Source of the DNA: Bispira polyomma
Taxonomy: Eukaryota
Length of the DNA stretch: 64,000 bases
Direction of reading: 5' to 3'
Assembly (NCBI GenBank): GCA_965649765.1
Contig: OZ287748.1
Span: forward strand, 58,156,001-58,220,000
Both the position numbers and the translations under genes were made by a program. Below are positions 46,982 to 59,900 of this stretch, one piece after another. Each line of letters opens with the position of its first letter. The first letter of the stretch is position 1. The notes below the pieces were generated by a model, which saw only the letters and a list, made by a program, of their open reading frames with translations, searched no databases and had not been told where the DNA came from.

Positions 46982-49900
46982 TAAAACTGATAAAAAGCAA
47001 CTAATTCCTACTTATTGGTATTGGGTTGTAAAACACTTTTGAGAATGACTAAATTTTGATCTGTAACCAAAAGTATAGTTAACAAAAACAAATATATGGA
47101 TGTAATCACTGAATTAAAAGTCATTTATACAATATATGGTAATTTTATTCACAATTTACTTCAGTACTCCTGAGCAGCTTTCTCCATCTCATTATTATTT
47201 TGTGTGCCAGGTTAGATTAGTTTGAAAGAGTTTTAATGACCAGATTGTATTCAAAGCATCAAGTGTTGGGTACTGGCCTTTTAATTAGGAGAGGAAAACA
47301 ACATATTTTTGTCCTGGGATAATTATTTTATTCAGAATATCAAACAAAACATTCAATATCATTATTGAGCAAATGCCTTAGACACACTTTGAAAGCCCTA
47401 TATACAATAACACCAATGAGACCAAAATGTTAAGCCCTAATTTAAAGTCCAAAGGTTCTAAATTAGGTCAAAACATAATCTTACAAATGAATTTACATCC
47501 CCTGGTGACTAATTTCATGTTATTTGGTTTAAATGTGGGTTCATTTGCACACAATCCAGTAAGAATGATCAAGAGTGAATGCCAAACCCCAAGGTGAAAG
47601 GTCAAATTATAGGCAACTGTAAACTTGCTCACATTTACTTGGAGGATGAATATGTGTGCCAAACAAACCAATAGCCCTGTTTGTAAATATATTGCAAGAA
47701 ATCCAAGCTTAAATCCAACTCGCCACAAGTTAAATCTATTCGAAAAATCATCATGGTATGATGAAATAACCTCTACTTGTGACCATTCAATTTCAGAGAA
47801 CTATTTGCACTGACTGAAACTATACACTGTGCTGTTACTTAACACTCTTGATATATATCAACCTTAGATTTGACCTTTAGCCAAACCAGAGATTGAGATT
47901 TTTGAAGAATTGGCTGAATATGGAAAATTTTGAATTTATATTTTTAAATATGATCAACTCCTATAATGTTTGGAAAACATGTGGTTGTTTTAACAAGAAG
48001 AGTTTTCAAATGAAGGAATACAGCTAACTGAATATAGTTATTCAGTTATTTTGTTTCTAATGTCACAAAACCTAAATACAGTTGTACCTTTTGTTGTATG
48101 GATAATATTTTTAACATCTACACAAACAAATCACATCAAAAACAGATATTCCTTGTATTACATCCAATTCTTTATATGTATATCATTGTTTGACTGTAAA
48201 CTTTGAATTTGTGTACATTTTACATATCACAGTCACTTTGTCATCCATATTATCTCATTCTACTCCATATTTATTTCATATAATAAAATTAATTTTTATG
48301 CTTTTCAAGAACCAAAAAGGAACGACGCTCATCAACATTTAAAAAAACTGTAAAATAAATTTGTCAATATTCTCTCAAAACTTTCACAAATAATAAACAT
48401 GTACATAAAAATACAATGAATTAAAACAATAAAGAATTAGAACAACACTGCACATTTTCTAGTATACAAGTTTGTAAAAATTATAAGAAATTTAACATCA
48501 TGTATTTTAACATCATGTAATATATATGTTTAACAGACCTTTTGGTATACTAAGTTAAATTACTGCTGATGTCACAAATCACACTTGGTGACAGAAATTT
48601 ATTTATTTGTTTAGTTGAATATTTTATTTGTGTCCATCTTTCTATGCATACAACTCAATAACGCATATCATGAAAGATATTTCAATAAAAACGTTTAAAT
48701 AATGTTACTTTCATAGAAATCGATCACTGTACTAATTTGACATGACTTATTTATTACAGCCACCTGAACTGTCACTCAAACTAATCCTAACCACACAGAG
48801 TAGAGACTCTATTATCTGAACTATGTTAGGAGAACAAGAACTTGTTTGGATAATAAATAGAAGGTTCATAAAATGGGAGAGGCATTTTCCTATAAAACAA
48901 TAGGGAAGCATAAATTTAGGAGAGAGAAAAAATGAGTTTATCAAATCGAATAACAAAAATTTGGATAATAGAGGTTCTACTGTATTTGAAATATGTGACC
49001 ACTGTTTCACAAAGCACGAAGTATATTAAGTACACATCCTACTATTGTAAAGAGTATTCTTGGTGAAAATAGTATCCCATCACAATCTAGTGAATCTACT
49101 ATTTCCTACTAAAGGTAGGACATTGTATGGTTATACCTAATCATTGTAGTAGAGCTTTATGACCCTCAACAGACACACATATTGGTGAACATTGTATCAA
49201 ATTAAAATTTATTTAAACCTATACATACTTTTTGCAAGGTATCTTGCACCTTCTTTGGTAGACTTATTTGATGGTACGAATGTTCCAAATGTGGTAAAAG
49301 TTAATGTTACTGACAACATAAGATTTAAATATATCTTTTTCTAAAAAAGTGTGAATTACTAATGTGTCTAATTTATTTGAATTAGAGAAATTTTATTTTA
49401 TTTTCTTGAACATTATATTAAAGTACAAACATTATTAAATATATATACATGTATATATGGCCACTACAGAAATACTATCTGTACAAAACAATAAGATATA
49501 AAGTACCACAGTTAGTACACAATAAAGAGTATCCCAATCAGTTGTATATACGTGTAAATAGATAACTACACCATGCATTACTTTATAAATAATATCCATA
49601 AATATGTTACTGGTATCACGCTAAGAACATTACAAATATTTTGGTCATGTGGTTATCTAGATATACAACACCTTTGTACAATATTTGGAATAATATTACA
49701 TGCAGGTCAATATGGTGGTTATGCAGGTTAAACTGAGATCAGACCAGGATCAGATAAACAATTTATTGAGACATATTTGGTCATGATATTAGTTTATTTT
49801 TTTTCTTAAAAATTTGATAGTATGGATAAGCATACTCAAACAACACTTCAGTTTATATATTGTATTACATTTAAAACACAACCAGTACATGCATTATCCA

Positions 49901-50324
49901 TACCCTGTTCTTTTTAACTAACCAATGCAGCACAAAATTATATTTCTTTCTGCTGCATAAACACTTTTGAGATTGTATGCCAAATTTAGAGAATCCTTAA
50001 CATTGTTTACCATTAGTTCGATGGTTTTATTAGGCTCAGATCTCCTGTTACAGTGGTATAAGTACATTTCACTTTGGACAGATAATGAATGTTCTACTTT
50101 ACAGGACCTCTCCCACACTCCACCCACAGGTGATTATATCATCCAGATATCACCCACCACTTAATTCATCATATAAAACCAAACGACCCCACCTTGTGCC
50201 CCAAAGTTTTATCAATATCTTTTAATCACTATTGACCTATTACTGCATATCATCTAATCGCTAGCCTCTATTGTGCATCATATTATAAGCTAAGCCACCC
50301 AATATTCTACTACTATTTTAATCA

Positions 50325-50545
50325 TATCATTCACCCGAACACCAATAACTAACATTTTGATCATATCAATAACTAAACTCCAGTTTGATCATATCACCCA
50401 AACACCCCCATTAACCCTATTTTGATCATATCACCCAAACACCACCATTAACCCCATTTTATTCATATCACCCAAACACCCCTAACCCCATTTTGATCAT
50501 ATCACCCAAACACCACTAACCCCTTTTTAATCACATCACCGAACT
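50325..50545. repeat. About 37-bp tandem repeat (CCCATTTTGATCATATCACCCAAACACCACCATTAA) just 3' of the gene B stop
   Basis: 5-6 degenerate copies. Confidence 0.8.
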
Positions 50546-50665
50546 ACCTTATCTCCTACCCCATTTCCATGGCACACCCAACCACACTAAATTCTATCAT
50601 GTCACTCTCCCCACCGATACCATCTTCATTGCTTTACCCCCATCACCAAACACACAGATGCCTCA

Positions 50666-50944
50666 CTACATCTGCTTCACACACCAGTACACTACCAGTA
50701 GATACAAAAGAAGCCTCTCTGGTCCAGTAGAGTGTAATGTCTTGTATCCACTGGCTTCAGTGCCGTACAGCGCAGTATTCAGAGCCTCTGCCACCCAGTC
50801 TGTGTGGGCGCTCATCTCAGTAAACACACTGCGACCTTGACAGGCTTCATCACTGTAGCGGTCAGTCGCCACCCAGCTGGACACACCAGCCAAGGTCCAC
50901 CTCCAGTTCTCATCTCTACACACCAGAGGGCCACCCATATCTCC
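50666..50944 (-). CDS. Gene B terminal exon, Ser195->Met (GDMGGPLVC), hydrophobic tail [12 protein letters not shown]
   Basis: CAG|GGAGATATGGGTGGCCCT; TAG at 50666-50668. Confidence 0.92.
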   Translation of the reverse strand, partial: GDMGGPLVCRDENWRWTLAGVSSWVATDRYSDEACQGRSVFTEMSAHTDWVAEALNTALYGTEASGYKTLHSTGPERLLLYLLVVYWCVKQM

Positions 50945-53900
50945 CTGTACATACAATACAATAGAATGATAGGTATATAAGGGGCAAGAATCTTTTAAAT
51001 CAGCGCCGCTGAAGGCCTCTATTAACATGAATGATTACATGTACATACACAGGGAGTAAGCCTTTATTTGAGTTGTGTTTCAATTTTAGCCTAAGATTCT
51101 TTACAGAATACAGGCTCTGGTACACAAAGAGAATGACTAAGTGTAAGGTTGAAATTTGGTACATTTATTGAGACAGAATTAACACAAGAAATCAGTTGAA
51201 TGTTACTGTGTCACCTGGTAAGTTTGAGAGAAAAATATGTATGAACGCAGAGAAGTATAAAACAAGCATCCAGTGGTACCATCATTTATATTTTAAGGAA
51301 ATGGAACAGATTTTAGCCAGGTGGAGCTAGGATACACTAGGATATTTTATTTCAAAGCATTTCAAAAAATTTCGCTCAAGTTCCTTTCACTTACTTAAAT
51401 AAATGTTGCATTTTCAGGAACTTTGACATTGACATTTGAAAATAAAATAAAGTGTTGTGCAACTGTAACCTCTCCATTTTTGATGGCTGAGAAGTTTACA
51501 TCAGTATACAAATGTAAATGAAATCCACCAAGCAGGCTTTGTGTTACAGTCTGGAAGTAATCAAACATGTCTAACTTTTAACTCATTAGAATACTTTTAC
51601 TGTTAAAAGTTTAAGGTCACCATATAACAGGGTTCCTCCTTAGGTCCATATACATCTGTGTACCAAATATAAATGAAATCCATAAAGCTGTTTTCAAGTT
51701 AGAATCATGGTGACGACAGATGACGACGGACAAAGTAATCCCTATGTTAAATACATTTTTTATGCATTTATCTTGTTATAGTGGAATAAAAGTGTTCAAA
51801 ATAGTACATTTTGCAAGTTGAAAGTTGCCTTATTGATATTTTGTATTGTGGTCCCATTTAGTCTATCCTTTCTAAAACATGTTTGCCGAAAACATGTTTG
51901 CGCGCGGAATAAATGTCACATGACTATACTTACATCACACAAAGACACCAAACCATTGCCGTATCCAGCACACATCATATTATCCCTTTGATAACTGCCC
52001 CTGAAGTCAAAGTTGTCACTTTCACAATCTGAGTCCTCAATCAAAGTCATCTTAGCCTCTTGTAGATACCGAGACCGGTGTTCTCTCCATAGACCTGTCA
52101 CAGTAAAACATAAAGTACGTATTGATCAAAGCTTTGGGTCATAATACTTCAAATTTACACACAGACAGAAGAATCAATTTGTATGTAGAATGCAAAATGA
52201 TAAAACCAAACAAATTACTTTTAGAAGAAATCAAAATGGATGTCAAAATAACCCTTTCAGCATTTTGAGACATACTACAATAAAATCAAATACTAGAACA
52301 GTACTCAGTTTGATGCATTCCTCTGCCAAGGTGCCACTGTGCCAAAATATTTCTTGATCTGCCCTTTTTCTTAAAACTGCTCCAAAATTTAACAGATTCT
52401 TTCTTGGTTCATGTTGCATCCCTCCACCATTGAGTTTCCTGAAAATTGGTTTAATATGTGTTTTGTATAATTTTTGTGATGAACAAACTAACCAATGGAC
52501 ACAGGTCAAAACATAAACTCCTTGGTATAGGTGATATTAGATACGTTAAACCAGGGACAATATATTCATACTTACAAGTCTGATATTATTAGCCTGATTG
52601 TGTCATACAGTTTTCAGATCAGCCATCTAAACTTCATAACAGAACACTAAACTATAAGTGAGCTTGTTTACCTTTTGACCCCCAGCCTGTCACATAACAC
52701 TCCCTCTTTTCAAACATGTTCTCGCTGTCACCAGGCAGACACAGCTGCTTCACAAAGTTATTAGTTGTAAAAGGTAAGGAGAGCCTCAGTATGGCTAGGT
52801 CATTCTTCTTGGTAGCTGCATCATAATCCTACAAAGACAAATCAAACAAGAACATTCAAAATCAGCATCAACCTCATGTTACTGTTTTATCCCTGTGACA
52901 TATCAAACATATCGACATGGCATACAGGATATCGTAATCATTTCCATACTGATCCTGTTGTTGTACTTGTTCTCCTGGACAGATTGAACACATTTTGTAC
53001 GTTTTTGTCAGGATGGTGTTTTTACTGATACAGCAGACTTAGATGTATTACGTTGCAGTAACATGACAAACAATAGAAATTCTATTATCTGAACATGTTA
53101 GGAGAGCAAGGTTTTGTTTCTATAAATAGAAGGATATGAAAATAGAAGTAGGAATTTAGTATACAACAATAAGAAAATGTAAAATTGGGGGAGTGTGAAA
53201 ATGTGCTCATAAAATTGAGCACTCAGATATTAAGAGCCATTCAGATAATGGAGGTTGTATGTTGTACTATATATTTTTAATGCACTTTATTGATGCAAGG
53301 CATCTTCTAAATCGCAACAACAAAATTAATTCAACCAATCATGTGTCCTAAAACATAGCCTGGGTCATCATCAGTAGGCAATGACAGGTTCACATTTTTT
53401 TTTTAGGTTGTTCACATCATGCCCAATAATTTTATCCCACCAATGAACCTAGTGGCATCAGCAGGAATCGAACGAGGGATCTTCTGATCACCCTACACAC
53501 TAGGCCACGGGAGACCACATCATCAATGATGCAATGCAGCCTGGTCACAATGTCTACTTCTCTCTTATTGGACAGACGTTGACCACAAATATCTGCCCAC
53601 TTACAGTCATGTGACTAAATTCTACACTCTAATGATAATGACTGATACATAGTTCTGGAAGAATGGCATTCAGAGAAGACTATAAATCTGTGTTAAGCTA
53701 CTAAAAAAAAAAGTATTTAGTCTAATAGTTGAATCCACCATTGTACGTCATATGTTTTATACCTCATGTACAACTATGGTCTGTACTGATGCCGTCTGTA
53801 GGTAGTCTGTGGGGGCCATCACTTGGATAGTTCCAGCACGTACTGTCCAGTCTCCAGAGTCTGTATCATGCACACACTGCGCCGCAGTCACTACAAACTC

Positions 53901-56900
53901 CTCAGTGATCAGGGTGCCACCACACACATATTGACTATAAGCCAAAAAAAAATAGATATAAATAATGTAAGTTCTGTAATAAACACCTTTGGCCTTTTGT
54001 GGAATTTTTTTAAAAAGGGGCTATTATTCAAGAAAACAATATTGGCATGTAGAGGCGTCACATAATGGTAAATACATAGTAATATATATATGAAATAATT
54101 TAACTACCCAAAGAATATCAGGATGTTTAGGTGTAGGCCAGCACATTTATATGCTTTCAGTCTGAGTTTGAGCAGAATTTCTTACGTCTTAATTTTGTCT
54201 AAGATTTAACACCTTGTATGAATCCCACCATAGAGAGTAAGATTTGAGTAGGTGCATACTCATTGTGTAGAAGGCCGACATGCCAGGGCCAATGTCCATC
54301 CACTGAGGTCAGGGCTCCCACTATCTTAGCTGGGCTCAACACACTCTGGGTCCTCATGGGGGATGTCCCACAGGCTAAAATAAAGAAAAATTGCCTATTA
54401 ATTACAATCCAGTTTAGTTCAAATAATAGCTTAAGATATCAGAGAAGTGACCTATACCTGCCACATCAGCAGAATACCAAAGACACCAAGCAGCAGGTGC
54501 AGTGCCAAGTTTTAGGACAAGCAAGTACTGCCATGCATTAGGTAGCAATGATATAGTTGCGACCACCCAACAGCAAGTCTACTGCCCGCTCCTAATGCTA
54601 TTGCCAACAAGATCAGGGCCTGGGTCGTATGGCACCTAGTCACCTAGCAATGAAGGTTCCCAACTGCAGAGCTTTAATCCCTGGTAGCCCACACCAGGGA
54701 GTAGTTGCAAGGTGGGAACCAGCACCACACGGATCCGAGCCTGGATCAGTTAGCAATGACCTTAGAAGCCAAGTATGCAACATAATCAGCTGCCAGCAAG
54801 TCTGCTGCCCACATAAAGTCAATAACCAGATGAAATAACAAGAATTCTAATTCATTATTTATTTTATTACACACAAACATTTGGGCATATCTCACTTAAA
54901 ACAGGTTAGCGTGTTAAACAAGAGATATGAGGGGAACAAATAAACCCCAAACCGAATAATTTAATTATTAATTATATTGATTTAATTATATTTAATGAAT
55001 TTTATTATCATTAAAAAGTTATATTTTTTCCATAATATTGTATTATGGAATTTTAATTTGCTTTGTTCATTTAAAGCATTACATTACAATCAATAAACCA
55101 TGGGAAAGTCTGAAAAACATGGCAAATGTGCTTAGAAACACGCACTAAATCAATGACATATGATGACAGAGAAAAAATAACCGTCTTAGTTTTGTTATAG
55201 ATCATGGCACTGGGGGATAGTGGGATGGGGGGATTTACTGTTGTCTATTCATCGACAAAAGCCTACGAACCACGATTTACTGATGAATGTCCACCTGAAT
55301 AAGACTAAGCCTTAAAGAAAGTTTAGTGTATTCGGTGTGTTTTTTTCAAAAACTAATGGACTGCAAATCGAAAAAAAGGAGACAAGGGTTTGATACTGTA
55401 ACATATTAAGTGCTCACAAATATAACAAAATTATATGAACACTTCAGTATAGTTCAATATGATAGCAGTTTTGTATATTAAGTTTCTGACATGTAAAGTG
55501 ACAAAAATCCTAAACATCAACAAAACTAACATTAGCATCTTCAACTAACTGATACTAAAAAACACGAAACATGTCGTCCGTCATAAAAATAGGAAAAGAT
55601 AACTTTGTACTCACTATCATCAGAACAGGTCAAGGTCACTAACTGTTCTGAACGGCAGTTGCCACTAAAAAAAACCAGAAACATATTTCCAAAATGGCAC
55701 TTAATTCAATTTAACAGAGTTGAAAATACCATAATTTCTGTAATAAATGCCCCCAGGCCTTTACGTTTACCAAAAGGAGGGGTTCTATTAATAAAGAACA
55801 CCATTTTGATATGTGACAGTGTAACATCTTGTTAAAAAATCATAGTAATATGTAGAAAACAGTTGAACTATCTACAGCAGATCTTGATTCCTAATCATAG
55901 ATAAATGCAATTTACATGCTGACCTGCATTATCACTGAATTATGTAATAAAAATCAGTATTTTATCCTTTTTTAACATTGCCTGAAGAAGAAATGTAAAG
56001 CTGACACAAAATGTAGTTGTGGTGTACCTGCTTAAGTATTGGCACAAAGTCTTGTGGATCTAAAAATCTCTTTAAAAAGGGAGGGGGTATAATTAGAGAG
56101 GTGGAGGGGGCGTTATTACAGGAAATACAGTATATTACATTTCCTTGTTTGGAGGCTTGCAGATATATTGGCCCCATTTTCTGGTGAAATATAATCACCA
56201 GACAATCAAAACAAAATCTGTCACACATATTTAGATTTATATCAATGTTCGTGTTCTGCCAAGCTGATTCTAATAACTTTAGTATATTTTACAGAGAATA
56301 TAATCTTAGTGCTGAAAAAAAACCCAGTGAATAAATAAAACCTATACAGCGTCATATTGAGAAATGTAAACATTACCTAAAATTTTACGAAATGAAAAAA
56401 CCCCTAAATCTCTATAAATTATCTGTATGTGTAGTGTAGTAGAGTAAAAGGAACCATCATACAAACATACATTTCCAGAACATCCAATAAGCTGGTCTTG
56501 AATGTATCATAGTTGGGCACTAAGACACCTGCAGAAAGCTGAAGGACAAGGCTCCCGTCAATGTAGCCATCTGATAAAGCAGATCTGAAAAATATACAGC
56601 TTAAAATGCTGACCCATGATTCAAATTAAGCCCTTACGAAATACTTCATATGCTCACTGACTGCTAGTACCCTAGTAGTTGACAAAACTTTCGTAAAATA
56701 TGCCCTGTTGGCCGAAAATCTCACACAGTTTCCGAGATAACTGACGTTTTCGAAAAAATTCAAGATGGCCGTCAAAATCGGAGCATTTTTGAAAAGTTGA
56801 CAAAACTTTTGTAAAGTATGCCCTGTTAGCCGAAAATCTCACACAGTTTCCAAGATATTTTTAAGTTTTTAATTGTTATATCTCAGTAACGATCGCAAAT

Positions 56901-59900
56901 TTATGGATGGGGTAAAAAATAAATGAAAAATGAGGCTTTTCTACAAAACTTATCTAAATTAGGCCAGAGTTCAAATCCAAGAATTTGAAATAAAAGTTAC
57001 ACTCCTGGTTAAAATAACTGCCAAAATTAATTTTGAACCGGAAAATATTAAAGGAATTATTCAAGAAAGATCAAGCAGCGGCATCAGAGGCGGGCGAGGA
57101 AACTAAGGACGCCTAATTATGTAAAACCCAACTGAACTCACCCTTGTCCGATAATGCCACAGGTCTTATCATTCCAGGAACTGTCCCACCTGTCAGCACA
57201 GACAGGCAGTGTGGAGCCTTGATGGGTCACCAGGAGAACACTATGGCCTTCTACCCTCAATGTGCTGACTGAAAGCAGGCAAAAAAAGCTAGAACATTAA
57301 TCTACATTGTATGTGGATTGAAAGGGTGGCAGGCTTTCTTCAAGTCCTTTTCTCTCAAGCATTATATGAGGACAGTTTTGACTTTGTAAATAGATACTGG
57401 TGCTTTGTATTCCACAGAGATGACTAACCCAATTCACGTAGTGGAATCATAAGATTTGTGAGCCAGTGTAGCTTCGTAGGTCTCTGTTTTTGATGGAAAG
57501 CTGGGGCTCTAGAAACAAATTTTCTATTCCTATTTTTCAACTTAGGTGTAATTTTTACACATATACGCATATTTTTGACAAAACAAGTCCCCATTTTAAC
57601 ATCTGCTAGTGTGGCACGTCACAGTTCTCATCATATTTCCCTTACACAAACCTGTGCTTGTGACAACAGCTGGTACTTAATTAAAGAAGAATACCAACTT
57701 ATAAATACTGACAGATGGCTCAGACTGAACCAAAGCACCAGTGCAATCCAGAAAAGTAATCTCAAAAACAATTGTGAAAACTGTGAAAACTATTTCTCAA
57801 AGATTAACCCAAACAGATGTCATAGAATGACAATACACATCTACAACAAGATTTGTACTGTCAAGGTCAGAAGTTATAGGTCAAATTGTATTGCACATAT
57901 GCCCATGGATCAGTCTGATTGTACACAAAAGACAGGACAAATATAAACATCGGTAAAGCTACAAAGAGTTATGGATTACATTTCTTATCCCCGGTTTACC
58001 TTATATACACTCACAATACATTACAAGGCTCTAAAATCATTAGTACAGCAAATATAAAGAAAAATTATGACAATTTACTCTTTTAGGGTCTCTTTTAAAA
58101 GTGACCTTAAACTGGATCTGTATACTGTTCAGAACCTCAACAGTCAATCTGTGGATCCCTACAGAGATATTCTAGCAAGATGAATCGTATTACAAGTAAT
58201 TGTGTTTGAGATATGACATAAAATCTTGAAATTAATCTTTGTGCCCCTATTTTGACAATAAGCCTGGTGTCACAAGTCAAATGCTCGACACTAGCTTACT
58301 ATATAATAACAATACATTAGAAATATCTAAATTCCTCACTCTAAAACTAAAAATTTGGGCAAAATGCCAAGATTCTCTCATAAACAAAAATATAAATATA
58401 TATATGCTAAGGCATATGTATAACTACATAAAATTGTGTTTGGCATTTCAAGGATTAAATTACACTTCGTATTTAAAAGATTAAATTAGTCTCTATATAT
58501 ACATAAGAGACTCACTGCAGCCTAGCTCATCTGATTCATCCGTACAGTCTACAGAGTTGTCACATTGCTGCCACGAGCTGTAGCAACTGGAATGGTCATT
58601 ACATTCCATATCATCGCAGTCCAAGCCACCTAGGGATATAAAGTAAAACCTCTAATATCTGAAAATTCGATTTGATGAACTTGTGGCTACTCTTCCAAAG
58701 CAAAGTTATGTTTTGCTATTGTTTTACATAGCAATGCCCCTTATATTTTATTAACCTTTTGTTATCCTAACAAAATCTAATTGAGGTCAGTATGCTTTGG
58801 ATAATGGAGGTCAGACCTGGGGCGAATACTTTGAAAAGAACACAAATACTTATACTTTCAAATTTTATTAATACAAATCTGAAAAATAAAAAGGGAAAAT
58901 TACTTAAAAGAGCTCTACTTAAAGGGGTTTGCTGTACTTAGAATTGGTTTAGTATAGTTTTATTGGTGAATTACTTTTATAAGCTCTTGTCTCCTGAATC
59001 AGTATGGATCAGGCCTCGAATTAAAAGTTTGTTAATTAGTGTGTTTTTTGTTGTAGAATGATGATTATCATAATGGCCCAAAAATGTTTGCAAAAGTATG
59101 AAATAGTAAATTTGTTATAGCGCACTTATAGAACACAGTGTCCTTTCAAATGCGCTTCCTCTTGGGCTGCCACTATGGGCGCCGAGGTGCTTGAGGATGA
59201 CCATTTATCAACGTCCCCAAGGATCTTTAATCTGCCACTAGAGATATTACTCAGTAACAGAGGACCACCATTTTAAGTGGTCATCCAAGCCACTAGGTAA
59301 ACTTGTATTCACATCTTGCCTAAGGATGTTATCTCACCAAATGAAACGAGGGGCCGGTACCGGGAATAGAACTGGCACCCAAAAATGTTTCTAACTCATG
59401 ATTACTTCGTGAATAGCAGAGATGGGTCTGTAGTAAGTCATGAATACTAATGATTCCATATGAAAAAAACAACAAAATACTACTGATTTTTCATAAAAAG
59501 AACAATTTTAAAGATTACCTACAAATGCCCTCATGATTGCCTTACAATCAAGTACAGGTTCAGAGATCTTATAGCTTAATATGTAACCTTTTTTCTTAAT
59601 CATACTGTTATATTAAATCACAGATTTGATGACAAAAAACAACACTTACAAACCATATAAACTTAATTAGAGGTAGCTTTAATATTAATGAAGTATTGTT
59701 AAAAATTTTGTCACAATTTTCCATATTATTTTATGCAATGGATTTATTTACATATTTATTTTAATATTAGATATTATAACTTCTCTTGATTGTTCAATTT
59801 AAATAGCATTTTCAGATTGTACACATATTTTGATTTTACTATATTGTATTTATATAAGATGTAATTAAAATTATTACACATCACTGCAATTTGAAACTAA

